IMG/VR virus record: IMGVR_UViG_3300017565_000001
Coordinates: 333,741-397,740 of that record
Direction: 5' to 3' (one strand)
From: a virus
Lineage: Duplodnaviria; Heunggongvirae; Uroviricota; Caudoviricetes
Length of the DNA stretch: 64,000 bases
The notes beneath the pieces are model-generated. The model saw only the letters and a program-made list of their open reading frames with translations, did no database searches and had not been told where the DNA came from. The position numbers and the translations under genes are program-made. This document shows, in pieces, positions 17,719 to 27,800 of the stretch; within the stretch, counting starts at the first letter, position 1, and each line of letters opens with the position of its first letter.

Positions 17719-18602
17719 TTTCTATACAACTCAATCAGTTTATCCGCATGGCGGAGGATTGCATATTTGTTCATTGCGTGAACGGTGACGCCCTTTACTT
17801 TGCTCAACAGGAAGCGCCATGATTCGTGTTGATCTTGCGCCAAGAATGTCAGTTCATTCCGGCCCACTTCCATAATATCATCCACATCAAAACTACTCAG
17901 GATTTTGCTTTGAGGGAATGGCTTAAACTCGTCATTCTCCAGGAACCCATTCAACATGTGGATGGCAATACTAAACACGTAATCGTTACGATAAAGCTTG
18001 CCTGGAAACTCATAGACGTACTGATAATATTCGTAATTGGATTTAATTTGCTCAACTAGGTCGAACAGAATTTGTGCTCGTTCACTCTTACGGAAATATA
18101 CCATGGTAGCCCAATACATGGGGATGGACGTGCTATCAAGTCGGCGTTCTGAATCCTTGGGAGGAGTATGAAGCAAAGTCAATGCATCTTTGTTGATGAG
18201 GACTTCTTCGTCATTTCCCCAAACCAAATCAAACATACCGTCTTGCACCAGAACGTCACTGTCCAGAATGATGGTTTCATCGTAAGGCGTCAGTTCGTAT
18301 GCTGTGCTGCGAGTCCCGTTATGCCAAGTCAGATGCTTTACGGTGCTCTTCGTATCCAGGAATTGACGTTGTTTGGATTGACGCTTGAATTCGTATCCAA
18401 TTACTTTGATGTGATCGAAAGCTTGTTTGATTAACTCATCACCCAGACTACTTTGCATCCAATCAAGAGTTCCTTGATCCGTCACTAGACAGACGCTGTT
18501 TTCCCTGAGATTTGCTTTAATCATCAGGGCGCAACAGAGTGCGATTTTGCCATAATCAACTTCTTCGTTGTTATGGGCGTAGATAAGAAATCCTCTACTC
18601 AT
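17715..18602 (-). CDS. putative GT-A (GT8-like) glycosyltransferase, paralog of 16846..17718
   Basis: RGFLIYA.N...DY.K.A, TPYDETIILDSD (DxD), RNDYVFSIA, HAMNK. Confidence 0.7.
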   Translation of the reverse strand: MSRGFLIYAHNNEEVDYGKIALCCALMIKANLRENSVCLVTDQGTLDWMQSSLGDELIKQAFDHIKVIGYEFKRQSKQRQFLDTKSTVKHLTWHNGTRSTAYELTPYDETIILDSDVLVQDGMFDLVWGNDEEVLINKDALTLLHTPPKDSERRLDSTSIPMYWATMVYFRKSERAQILFDLVEQIKSNYEYYQYVYEFPGKLYRNDYVFSIAIHMLNGFLENDEFKPFPQSKILSSFDVDDIMEVGRNELTFLAQDQHESWRFLLSKVKGVTVHAMNKYAILRHADKLIELYRK

Positions 18603-18946
18603 TTTCCAGTCGCTTGCTCAACAGTGCGAGCCTTACGAATCTTTTCGTATTCGGCCAAATACTCATTGGTTGCTTCAAAATATTTGCTGATGACTTCATC
18701 CAGGAAGTCCTGCAAGTTGCTGATAAGAACCGGGTTTCCCCTAGCATCAATCAGAACGGCTTCGGTCTGTTCTCGACGGACTAGAACGTCCACAAACGCA
18801 ATCAACTGATCACTTACCGTAAAGATGCCACCATTGTGGGCGTAAGTGAGCAGATTTTCCATGCGAAGCTTGAGGTTCTGCTTCTGATTGTAAACCGTAA
18901 CCTTGTAGTTGGAATGGGCAAGAGCCTTAGTCAAACGGTCGTCCAT
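18599..18946 (-). CDS. hypothetical protein, first gene of the GT/radical SAM operon
   Basis: GGAG SD, ATGA overlap with the next gene. Confidence 0.75.
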   Translation of the reverse strand: MDDRLTKALAHSNYKVTVYNQKQNLKLRMENLLTYAHNGGIFTVSDQLIAFVDVLVRREQTEAVLIDARGNPVLISNLQDFLDEVISKYFEATNEYLAEYEKIRKARTVEQATGK

Positions 18947-18969
18947 AATTTCTCCATATTGATTTACTT

Positions 18970-18998
18970 ATGATAGCTTGCGGGTGACTACTGTTCAA
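18970..18998 (-). promoter_or_regulatory. sigma70-like promoter (TTGAAC-17-TATCAT) for the GT/radical SAM operon
   Basis: Minus-strand hexamers with exact 17-nt spacing, between a hairpin and the 18946 start. Confidence 0.55.
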
Positions 18999-19015
18999 AA
19001 TAGCCAAAGGTGGTG

Positions 19016-19041
19016 AAGGGGAGTGGAAAACCACTCCCCTT
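19016..19041 (-). terminator. GC-rich hairpin ending the tail-fibre operon
   Basis: AAGGGGAGTGG-AAAA-CCACTCCCCTT perfect 11-bp stem; U-tract weak. Confidence 0.55.
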
Positions 19042-19056
19042 GTTAGTCACTGAAAA

Positions 19057-19965
19057 TCAAAGACCGTTGCCGTTGAAAAGCGAGAATGTGGGTGTAACTA
19101 GCGTTGGGTTGTCCAAATATGTAGTGGCCTTCAGGTGTGAGAACCTAATGGACGTACCTGACGTCATAGTGGCACCATTTTGTTCAATCAATTGAACCAG
19201 GAAGCGAACACCGTTGGTGGTACGCTTGGCACGCACATAGAAGTCATCCATGAATTGATATGACGGAATACCAGCATACGTGGGATCAAAGTTCGTACCA
19301 TCCAGAATAATCGAATAGCCCGCTGGATCAACTGGCAATTCATAGAATCCAGCATTGGCCGGCGTGCCGTAATCACCAGTTCTGGTGGTCGTATGTGCTT
19401 TCATTGCCACAGTACCAACTCGACTCAATGCATTGGCCCATGAATTGTCATTAGCCGTTCCCGTAGGATGCGACGTGACAATACGAATTTCACCACCACT
19501 GTTGAAGAACCAACGAGCAGCATCGGCAGAGGGCCAAGTCACATCAATTTCCGCGTCAATCGTACCCGACCATGCAGCAGCGCGAGTATTAGTAAATGCA
19601 TTGGCAGTCAGCGTCATACTAGCTGCACCATACGTCAACGATTGCGCAAAGATTTCGTTGGTTTTGGCTTCATAAGCATTTGCGATTGCGGCAGAAATAA
19701 GCGTCGAACCAGCTACGGGGATTGGAAGATCGGCCTCCACATAACCCGTCGAATTACCCAACTGATGCCTACGAGCAGCGTTGATGTAATTGCGCATTTC
19801 GATCCATTTGGCAGCGGTGCTCACATCAGCCGTAGTGGCATCAACCCATGTGCCAATGCTTTGGCCATAGCCCTTGTCACCACTACCAGTTGACAACATG
19901 CTCACAACCCGTGCTTTCATTGAGTTGTAAAACGATGCTGTGAGAATATCACCGACGTTTGCCAT
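19057..19965 (-). CDS. putative virion structural protein (baseplate/tail-associated)
   Basis: GYGQ and ARWFFNSGGEIR motifs, Ala/Thr/Gly-rich, co-transcribed with the tail-fibre-like gene. Confidence 0.6.
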   Translation of the reverse strand: MANVGDILTASFYNSMKARVVSMLSTGSGDKGYGQSIGTWVDATTADVSTAAKWIEMRNYINAARRHQLGNSTGYVEADLPIPVAGSTLISAAIANAYEAKTNEIFAQSLTYGAASMTLTANAFTNTRAAAWSGTIDAEIDVTWPSADAARWFFNSGGEIRIVTSHPTGTANDNSWANALSRVGTVAMKAHTTTRTGDYGTPANAGFYELPVDPAGYSIILDGTNFDPTYAGIPSYQFMDDFYVRAKRTTNGVRFLVQLIEQNGATMTSGTSIRFSHLKATTYLDNPTLVTPTFSLFNGNGL

Positions 19966-20933
19966 TACTTCGCTCCCAACGCCACTTCGATCAATTCAAC
20001 ATCATGCGATTCTTTGTTGACCAAAGAGCGTCCAATGATTTGGAACGTTGTAAGCTCACCAGAAACACGGCTTTCTGCAATGGCAACACCGCGTTCACCG
20101 CTTGCAACTAGACGCTCACCCTTCTTGACGGCTCCCTTGACCTTTACTGGAACACGACCAACTAGTGCCACGTATGGGTGCGTTTCGTCAGTACCAGCAT
20201 CAGCGTTCATCTTGAAACCAGGAGCAGTTGAGATCACGCCGAATACTTGTTCAGACCTGCAATCACGCACCTTCTGGATTTCCTTGTCACCACCCAGTTC
20301 GACCACGTCACCGGGTTCAACTGGTTCGCTTGTTTCATAGCGTTCGGCCAAGTCAGCGAATCGAGCTGACGTTGCAACACCATTGAAAGTAGTGGCATAA
20401 ACAGTCGCAAATCGACGAGTAGTAGAACCCAGATCAAAAGCGTTGTTGGTTGTGGGGCCAGTATTAGCGTTGGACTTCAAGTAATTGGTAGCGAGACCAG
20501 CACCTTCCAATGCGGCAAGCATTTCGGCCAAGGTCACGAACTTGTAGCCGGAACCATCAGGCAGAACTTGAATGAATTTGTTGGCATCAGCGGGAACAGG
20601 CTTCAGACCCAGGCCACCTTGAACGGGTGGGACCAATACGGTAGAATTGCTTGATTCACCAAAGATGACCTTCCAGGCACCATTCGACCACACTTTCAAT
20701 GCTGAGACACCGGTGTCAAACCACAATTGGCCAACAAGCGGAGTACCAGCTGGAGCAGTCGTATTAGCAAAGTTCGACAGTTGACGAACCGTGTTGATGG
20801 CAAATGCCTGGCCATAGCCAGGACCGCCACGACCGACCAATGTCAGTGCGGTAGAAGTAGTGTCCAGAGCCCCGGCCACGACGGTGAGCGCACCATTAGG
20901 GCCATACGCGGGGATGATATAATTGTTGGACAT
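19965..20933 (-). CDS. tail-fibre-like protein with C-terminal intramolecular chaperone (peptidase G2/IMC-like)
   Basis: TLVGR...YGQ....N....L.NFA....P..P..GQLWFD N-terminus; ADLAERY..PGDVV..GVIST.PG..MN..VAL.GRVPVKV.G.V.KGE.L C-terminus. Confidence 0.7.
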   Translation of the reverse strand: MSNNYIIPAYGPNGALTVVAGALDTTSTALTLVGRGGPGYGQAFAINTVRQLSNFANTTAPAGTPLVGQLWFDTGVSALKVWSNGAWKVIFGESSNSTVLVPPVQGGLGLKPVPADANKFIQVLPDGSGYKFVTLAEMLAALEGAGLATNYLKSNANTGPTTNNAFDLGSTTRRFATVYATTFNGVATSARFADLAERYETSEPVEPGDVVELGGDKEIQKVRDCRSEQVFGVISTAPGFKMNADAGTDETHPYVALVGRVPVKVKGAVKKGERLVASGERGVAIAESRVSGELTTFQIIGRSLVNKESHDVELIEVALGAK

Positions 20934-20987
20934 TAGTTAAGCTCCAGAGTTATCTGAAAATATTTATCGCGGTATTTATGTGAGTAT

Positions 20988-21605
20988 TTAATTAGGTGCA
21001 ACCATACTGATTCGCACCGTATAAATGATCTCAATTGCGCGGTTCAGTGACTTCTGGACTGGGTGGAAAATCACGTGAGTCAGCAATCGGCGAACGTTTG
21101 TGTTTGAATTCACCGTTTTCAGGCCCATTTCATCGAAAATATATCGAGCATTGGGGTCGTCACTTTGGCTGGCATTTTGTACCACCGCATCGTCATATTG
21201 CGCTGCATCAGCTGGTTCACCGTAGCCCAACGTGCATGTGATCACGATGTCTGTATAGGTGGTACCAACAGTATGCTGAATGCGAACATTGGTCTTGGTG
21301 GGATCGTCGGTGAAATACGGGCTGCGATCATTAACCACCTTGGAATAGGTGGGATTGTAAAGATCAGCATTGATACCTTGAACCTGGGGTGTGTTATAGT
21401 CCAACTCACCTGTAGAATTCACAATGGTACCACCATTACCAAAGTGGATTTCTTCGATAACACCGTTGTCATATTTGGCAAAAGACAGCGCCAAAGCTTC
21501 GCTGAAGTTTTCCAAGTGGATATCGTTATGGACATCGCGGAGGATTTCCCCCGAATCAATATCACGAATCAGCACATGGCCAGTCGCGAACACTGGGTTG
21601 TTCAT
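20988..21605 (-). CDS. putative baseplate/virion structural protein
   Basis: GHVLIRD, FGNGG, L.YGEP, FDEMGL, LLTHVIFHPVQKSLNR..EI.YT.RI; late-operon context. Confidence 0.65.
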   Translation of the reverse strand: MNNPVFATGHVLIRDIDSGEILRDVHNDIHLENFSEALALSFAKYDNGVIEEIHFGNGGTIVNSTGELDYNTPQVQGINADLYNPTYSKVVNDRSPYFTDDPTKTNVRIQHTVGTTYTDIVITCTLGYGEPADAAQYDDAVVQNASQSDDPNARYIFDEMGLKTVNSNTNVRRLLTHVIFHPVQKSLNRAIEIIYTVRISMVAPN

Positions 21606-21606
21606 T

Positions 21607-21759
21607 TCATTCATCCCATTCCCCATCTTGTCTTTTCGTAGAACCAGACTGATCGATGATCACTTCTTTGGTATCTGCATCTCGAATCATTAGATGTTCT
21701 CGAATGCAGATACCTTGATGGTCATCTACGTCCAGGTTTAGAGTGGATTCATTATTCAT
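21607..21759 (-). CDS. small 50-aa protein resembling the N-terminus of the downstream gene; not in ORF track
   Basis: MNNESTLNLDVDDHQGICIREHLMIRDADTKEVIIDQSGSTKRQDGEWDE; HLMIRDADTKEVI matches GHVLIRDIDSGEIL; TAAATA upstream. Confidence 0.65.
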   Translation of the reverse strand: MNNESTLNLDVDDHQGICIREHLMIRDADTKEVIIDQSGSTKRQDGEWDE

Positions 21760-21808
21760 AGTACGGGTATTTAGCTGACACCAAATAGTGATACTTAACT
21801 TCCATCCA

Positions 21809-24800
21809 TTAGTTTTCTTGGAATTTGAGAATAGATGGATAGTTTAGAATCTCAGATGCATTCGGTGAGCAACCATAATATGGATTTGGTAATGGCACTT
21901 GATTGAAGGTATTGCCATCAGGGGCCCAAGAACCATTGTCTGGGAGTTCAAACTGATATGTAAAGTGTGGTGTCCCCAATTCCAAGTGCCAAAAGCCTTT
22001 AGTTGAAAGTGGATCCGGAACGTCAGGTGCTAAAATACTCACGACCATGCTCCAAGGCATAGCTATGTCTTGAACATTCACGCTATTGATGCTGTTGGCG
22101 GTGACTATGAACGTCTCAATCTTGGCGCTTGCGAGATCAGGCATTGGATAACAATGTAGAGCCACCACCTGAGCTTCGTGCGTTATTTCCCCAGTCAAAT
22201 AATCTGTTTCAAACGAGTATATGAGTGGTACCGTTTGTGTTATTTGTTCAGTCACATCACAGTATGAGGAACTACCAGTGAGTACGTTATACTGACCCTT
22301 ACAACTGGCCGTACCACATTCACCAATACCCATGTTTGATTGTTTAATTTGCGCAATCGCTTGAGCGGCTTGCAATGCGGTTCCACTGTAGTTACCCGTA
22401 GATGGCATGCTATCCACACCGATACCAGACGAATCGATCGTTATCGTTGTTTGATTCTCATCTCCGTCCGGCCCACTACATTCACCAACCATTTGGCCAT
22501 ATGTTGAGGCCCATTGTGTTGGTGTCATCCCATCTTGCGGTGGGTTGCTTTGGATCCAGTAACTGTAAAGTGTAGTACCAGGTGCGTCAGTTATTTCTCG
22601 ATTGAACAAGACTGAGCCACCCGGTCCTCCTGGATTGGTGCTTGGATTACTGGGGGTGGTATATGGCCCGTTAACCGCAGGAGCGGTTACTACCCACCAC
22701 CCTCTGCGGTTTTCCGAAATGTAATCGAGCTCAAGCGCGGCCTCGACTGCGTGGTTGACACCCTTATGTACAGTAAAGGTCAGTGTGTCATCCGTGTCTT
22801 CATCCTCATTGATACGACGTGCCAAAACTCTAGGATTACCAGCAGTCATATCCCATTCGAAATAATCCAGAACTGCTCGACCGTATTGCTCTGGGTCAAA
22901 ATAGCGATCCAAGTAATCTTCAGTCGTGATTGTTTCATCCCAATCGTATGCCGATATGCCATCATATCGGATGTAATCCCAACCATACTCGCCGTGAACT
23001 GCTGGACCATCCTGGCGATAGATCTTCATGTTGATCGTTTCACCAATATGAATGTCAGCAACATCCAGGGGAGCGAGTGTGATGTTCATCTTACGTACCT
23101 TGGCATTGTTGTTGAAAGCAAACTGGTTATACCAGTGCTTCCACATGCCACCTTGCATGATTGCCACGTCAGCTGGTACCCTTGCATCCAGGATACGGTT
23201 GCGCCCAAGAGCAACGTCATAGTATGCAGGCTTGTCAAAGTCCAGAGCCATAACGTTGGCGACTTCGGTATCGACACCGTACTTGCTAATGAAGTCGCGA
23301 ACCTTCACATGATAAGGCTTCACTTCGTTGATGTACGACAGCAGATTGCTGGTAAGATCCGCAAAAGCAATTGGATCCTGGCGCAGACGATCGCTATAAC
23401 CGGTCACATACATGAACGAGGTCTTGAAGCTCCAGTCAATGAAGTCTTGCTCCGTGTGAGCATAGTGGACCCAACCAAAGAACATTTCGTTGGTCTCCAA
23501 ATCAGTCAACACGCCTTCACGCAGGGAATTCAGAACCTTGTTGAATTCGTAACCCTGATCCCTGGCAACGACCAAGTTACCAAAAACCACTGGATCAAAC
23601 GTATCAGTAGTCTTACCCAACGATTCCATTGAGTCTTCCAGGAATGTTCCTGTATTCTCCCATACAGTATCACTGAGCTTAATGGTACCAGCTTGCTTTG
23701 CAACAATTTGCCAAATGCCATCACGCAATTCAGTCCACATCCAACGACCACGACCGTCATCCAGAACTTTCGCAAAAGTCAGGTATGGGTTAGTCAGTTG
23801 GGCGTTATTGCGATCAGTTGCTGTGGCGAATACGTCACGTGGTGCATTCAATACGTCGTAACCGGTTTCGTACCAATCAACATAGGACCAAATATCCGAA
23901 CTGTCGTAGCGCTGGCTGGCAACCAATTCCAGCACAAAGCCGGCCTTGATTTCCCACAAGGTCCAGAAACCACCAGTTTCCAGATTAATGTCATCGTCAA
24001 CCTTAATACGTTGACCCACTTCCAGTTCAACTGTCGCAGTGCCGGCTTGGAGAGCTGATTCCAAGGCTTTCAGTTCTGCCAAGTTGTCAACTACATGATC
24101 AAACAATTTGACAGTGATTGCCAAACCATTGTCGTCACGTTGCATAACAGACCAGAACTGATCACTATCTTTCAACAAATAAACCAGATCAGGAGTTAGG
24201 TTGGACAGATTGTCTTCGTCATTGAACTTCTGGCCCCAGAAAGCTTGTTGTGGCAAAGGTTCAACGAAATAACTTTCATCAGCTTGTGTCCAGTGCAAGA
24301 ATTCATTCTTACCATCTGCCCCGTTCAAGATCTCAAGACCTCTACGAGTTTCGACCATAGGGGTTCTGGCAAAGATTTCATTCAAGTGCTGTACTGCACG
24401 CTTACGAGCAACTTTGACGTCTCTGAACAAGTTCTGGCCATTCTCCACGTCAAAACCAATACGATCCGTGTAGTAACGATCCATGCTTGGCAAACTTGCA
24501 CCCCAAGCATTGCGGCCAGTCAACGAATTGACAAATTTAGTCCACAAACTCTGAATTGGCAAGCTGCGTTCGTCGCCTTCACGCATCAAATCCCATTCAA
24601 CGTGGAGTGGAACCTGTGCTTCATTGCGAGCAACAGTGAATTGCAAGGACGAATTGCTTGACAGGAATTGATCCACACCAGCAATAATGAAGCTGTTTTC
24701 GTCCATAGGAGCAACCCACGCCAAACCAGCAGACGTTGGGTTCTCGATCATACGAGAAACCTCAAATGCCGAGATCTCACGAGCTTCATTACTCACTGGA

Positions 24801-27800
24801 GTCATCTTGCGATTCTTAACCCAGAAGTAATACACCGTGATGAAACGTCCCAATTGGGCATTCCATTCTTGCGACTCAACCCATGATGGATCAGCCGCAT
24901 TTAGAACTTCACCGTCATAGGTGTTTGGATCGCTGTTGTTTTCAAACGCAGTCTGCCATTCCGATGGGGTTAGAGTGCTGCGCGTCCATTCGTAAACATC
25001 CACGCTCGTGTTCGGTGCCAATTTACCCCAATTCGAAGTGCGGTAAAGCTTCTCAGCGTCATCCATGATATCGCTGGTTTCAGCAATCAGGAAGCGAACC
25101 GAGTTAAGATCCCACCACAAACGACCAACTTGAGCTGCGCCCCACTGCATACCAACGTTCTGGGTGGAACCCTCGTTGTAATAAGCAGGATCATATGGCA
25201 GCTTGTAGAACAATTCTTTGTCAGCTTGGCCGACAATCAAACCTTGAACTGGAGCAAACGATACGATTTCACCATAACGCAATGGCTTAGCGTTTAGGAC
25301 ACGATCAGTACGAACGCTGCGGTTTTCAAAGATCTTCACATCCACGATGCGGTCTCTACGGATCAATTCTGGCTGTGTGCGAACACGAGTGAATTGGCCA
25401 TTAGACTTCTGGAATACAGACCAGCGACGGTGAACTTCAGGCATCTTGTGCTGGAATGCAAACTCATAGCAAGCATCCACATAAATCAATTCACCATCCT
25501 GGTAGTCGCCCAAGCCCAAGTATTCGACTTGGCTGTTATTCAGCAGAGTTGCGGTGATGAGTGAACGATTAACAGGAGTGTCGGTGTCAAAGCGGAATCG
25601 AACGCTTTCCAGTTTGAAAGCCAAGGCACGTTCTTCATCTTCCATGTAGGTTTTCACATTCAGTGTGTCAACACCAACACGAACTTGCGTCAAATCCTCG
25701 CTTACCCAGTTGATGACGTGCGCACCAACCAGTTCTTCGGAATCAACCTGCATGTTCTTTTCAATGTACATCACGTCACCAACCTTGAATGTGGTTGGGG
25801 CAGCAAATGTGATAACTGTGCCATCCATCTCAGCACCAAAGCCTGCTATTTCGTTTGCATCAGTTGAGTAAGCGGTTGCTCGGTAAACATCCCAAGAACC
25901 CTTGTGGTCCTTGTAAATCCAGACACGGTCGCCCATAACAATGTCATCAATGCTTTCAGCCACAACGACATTTAGGGCAGCCAAATCAAGGGCGGGCCAC
26001 TTTACATCCGAAGTGCGAGCATAACCAGCCGTTGGCAACCAACCCTTTTCACGAACATATGATTCCTGAATTTCAAACAGGTTACCAGTAGGTGGAACAA
26101 TCCAACGACTATCAGTACCTTCAACACTCTTGTACAGACTGATGATGGTATCTTCCTTGCTATCATGATTGGCCATCTCGTCAGGAGTCGACATGCCGTA
26201 TGGATGCACATCATAAACGAAATAATCCCACAAGCTTTCATTCTTAGCAACCACCAATTGTGGGTCCTGTAGAACCAACTCTTTGTTGAATTCGAATTCA
26301 AACGTGGAGCGTGATTCAACACCACCGAATTGGCCCTTGCGGAAAGCCCATTCTTCCAAGAAGCTCAGGCTACGAGTCTGCGTCAATTCGCTGTTACGCA
26401 TCAAGCGCTTGAATACACCAGGGGCACCCTTCTGTTGGATCATACCCTGATAGAATTCAAACTGGTTGATGTCGTTATACATCAAGTTCTCCAGATATGA
26501 ACGATTCTGATAGCCAATTTGATGACGTGCATTGTCACGGAGTGGCAAATTGATCGTCTTCTCGATATCATACATGTAGCGGATATCTTCGGCCTGACGT
26601 TCAAAACTTGGGACCAGTCGGTTGTCAGTGATTACGAACCCTGGGGCATCCAAGCGACCCTTCCATTCAGTGCTCAATAGGGCAACCAAACGGATGCGGT
26701 TTTGACGCAGATTGAACAGTTGGTCGTAGATGACATCACTGAAGATGGTCTTGTTGTTGAAAATCAGAGCCTGCTCGACTTCGCTTACGAACACACGAGA
26801 ACCGAAAATGCCACCAGCAGTAACACCGATGTTGATTTCATCATCCAGACGGTTCACGGTAACAGTGCTAGATGGAACTGCGACACCTTGGCGATCCAGG
26901 AGTGAATAAACGCCATGTACCAGCTGTTCGACGTTTTGCACCGTACCGTGATCTGTCGTGAACTTAACTGAAGTTGATGCGGGGCTCAAAGCAATAAACG
27001 TGCCCGCTTCCCATTGTGCTTGAGTCCAGTACAAGAATTCTTGTGCCGAGTAGCGGAAGTCTTTGATGACGTTTGCTTCGTTGTCATAATAGTCAAATAC
27101 CCAGCCATCATTCTCTAGATTCTTCTGGTAACCACTGAGGAAGTCGGCGATGTCTTGGCGTGAATAGAACTCAGTGCCATAAGGAACAGTGTCAACGAAA
27201 TCTTCATGATCTTTATGCCAGATCAGGGAACTTGCTGGGCTGAACTTACCCGTGGACTCAGGAGTCCAGAAGTTTTGCTCAAATGCTCTACCACTTGTGT
27301 GTGATTTGATACAACGGTAATTGGTACCGTTGTATTGAACCAGAACACCTGATTGGTAATACGTGTCAACACGCCAGTCAACGGCGGAAGGACCATCGTC
27401 ACCGATAGAAATCTTAAATTTGCGGCCGGTTTCTCTGATAGGATTGATGGTGAATACTGGATTTACCACGTCGTAACCGAATACGCGCCAACCCTTACCC
27501 GTCCACTCAACAATCACACCACCATAAAATTCTTCCCTAATGCTAGGGGAGCGATACAGTGCAATGTTGACGTCTTCCTGAGGGACCAGACCTGAGTTCT
27601 CAGTGAATGCCTTTACGCTTGCTGGATCAACAAAACCACCCAGCTTGTGAGCAATGTTTGCACTCAGAGAGCGAACTTTATTACCGAACGACGTTGTGAC
27701 GTTTGCTCCTTGCGAACGCAGATAGTCACCAATCCATACTTGAACACCCAGTACACGAGTTGCGGTGGTACCAGTCATTTCATTGTGAACCAGTGACTTC

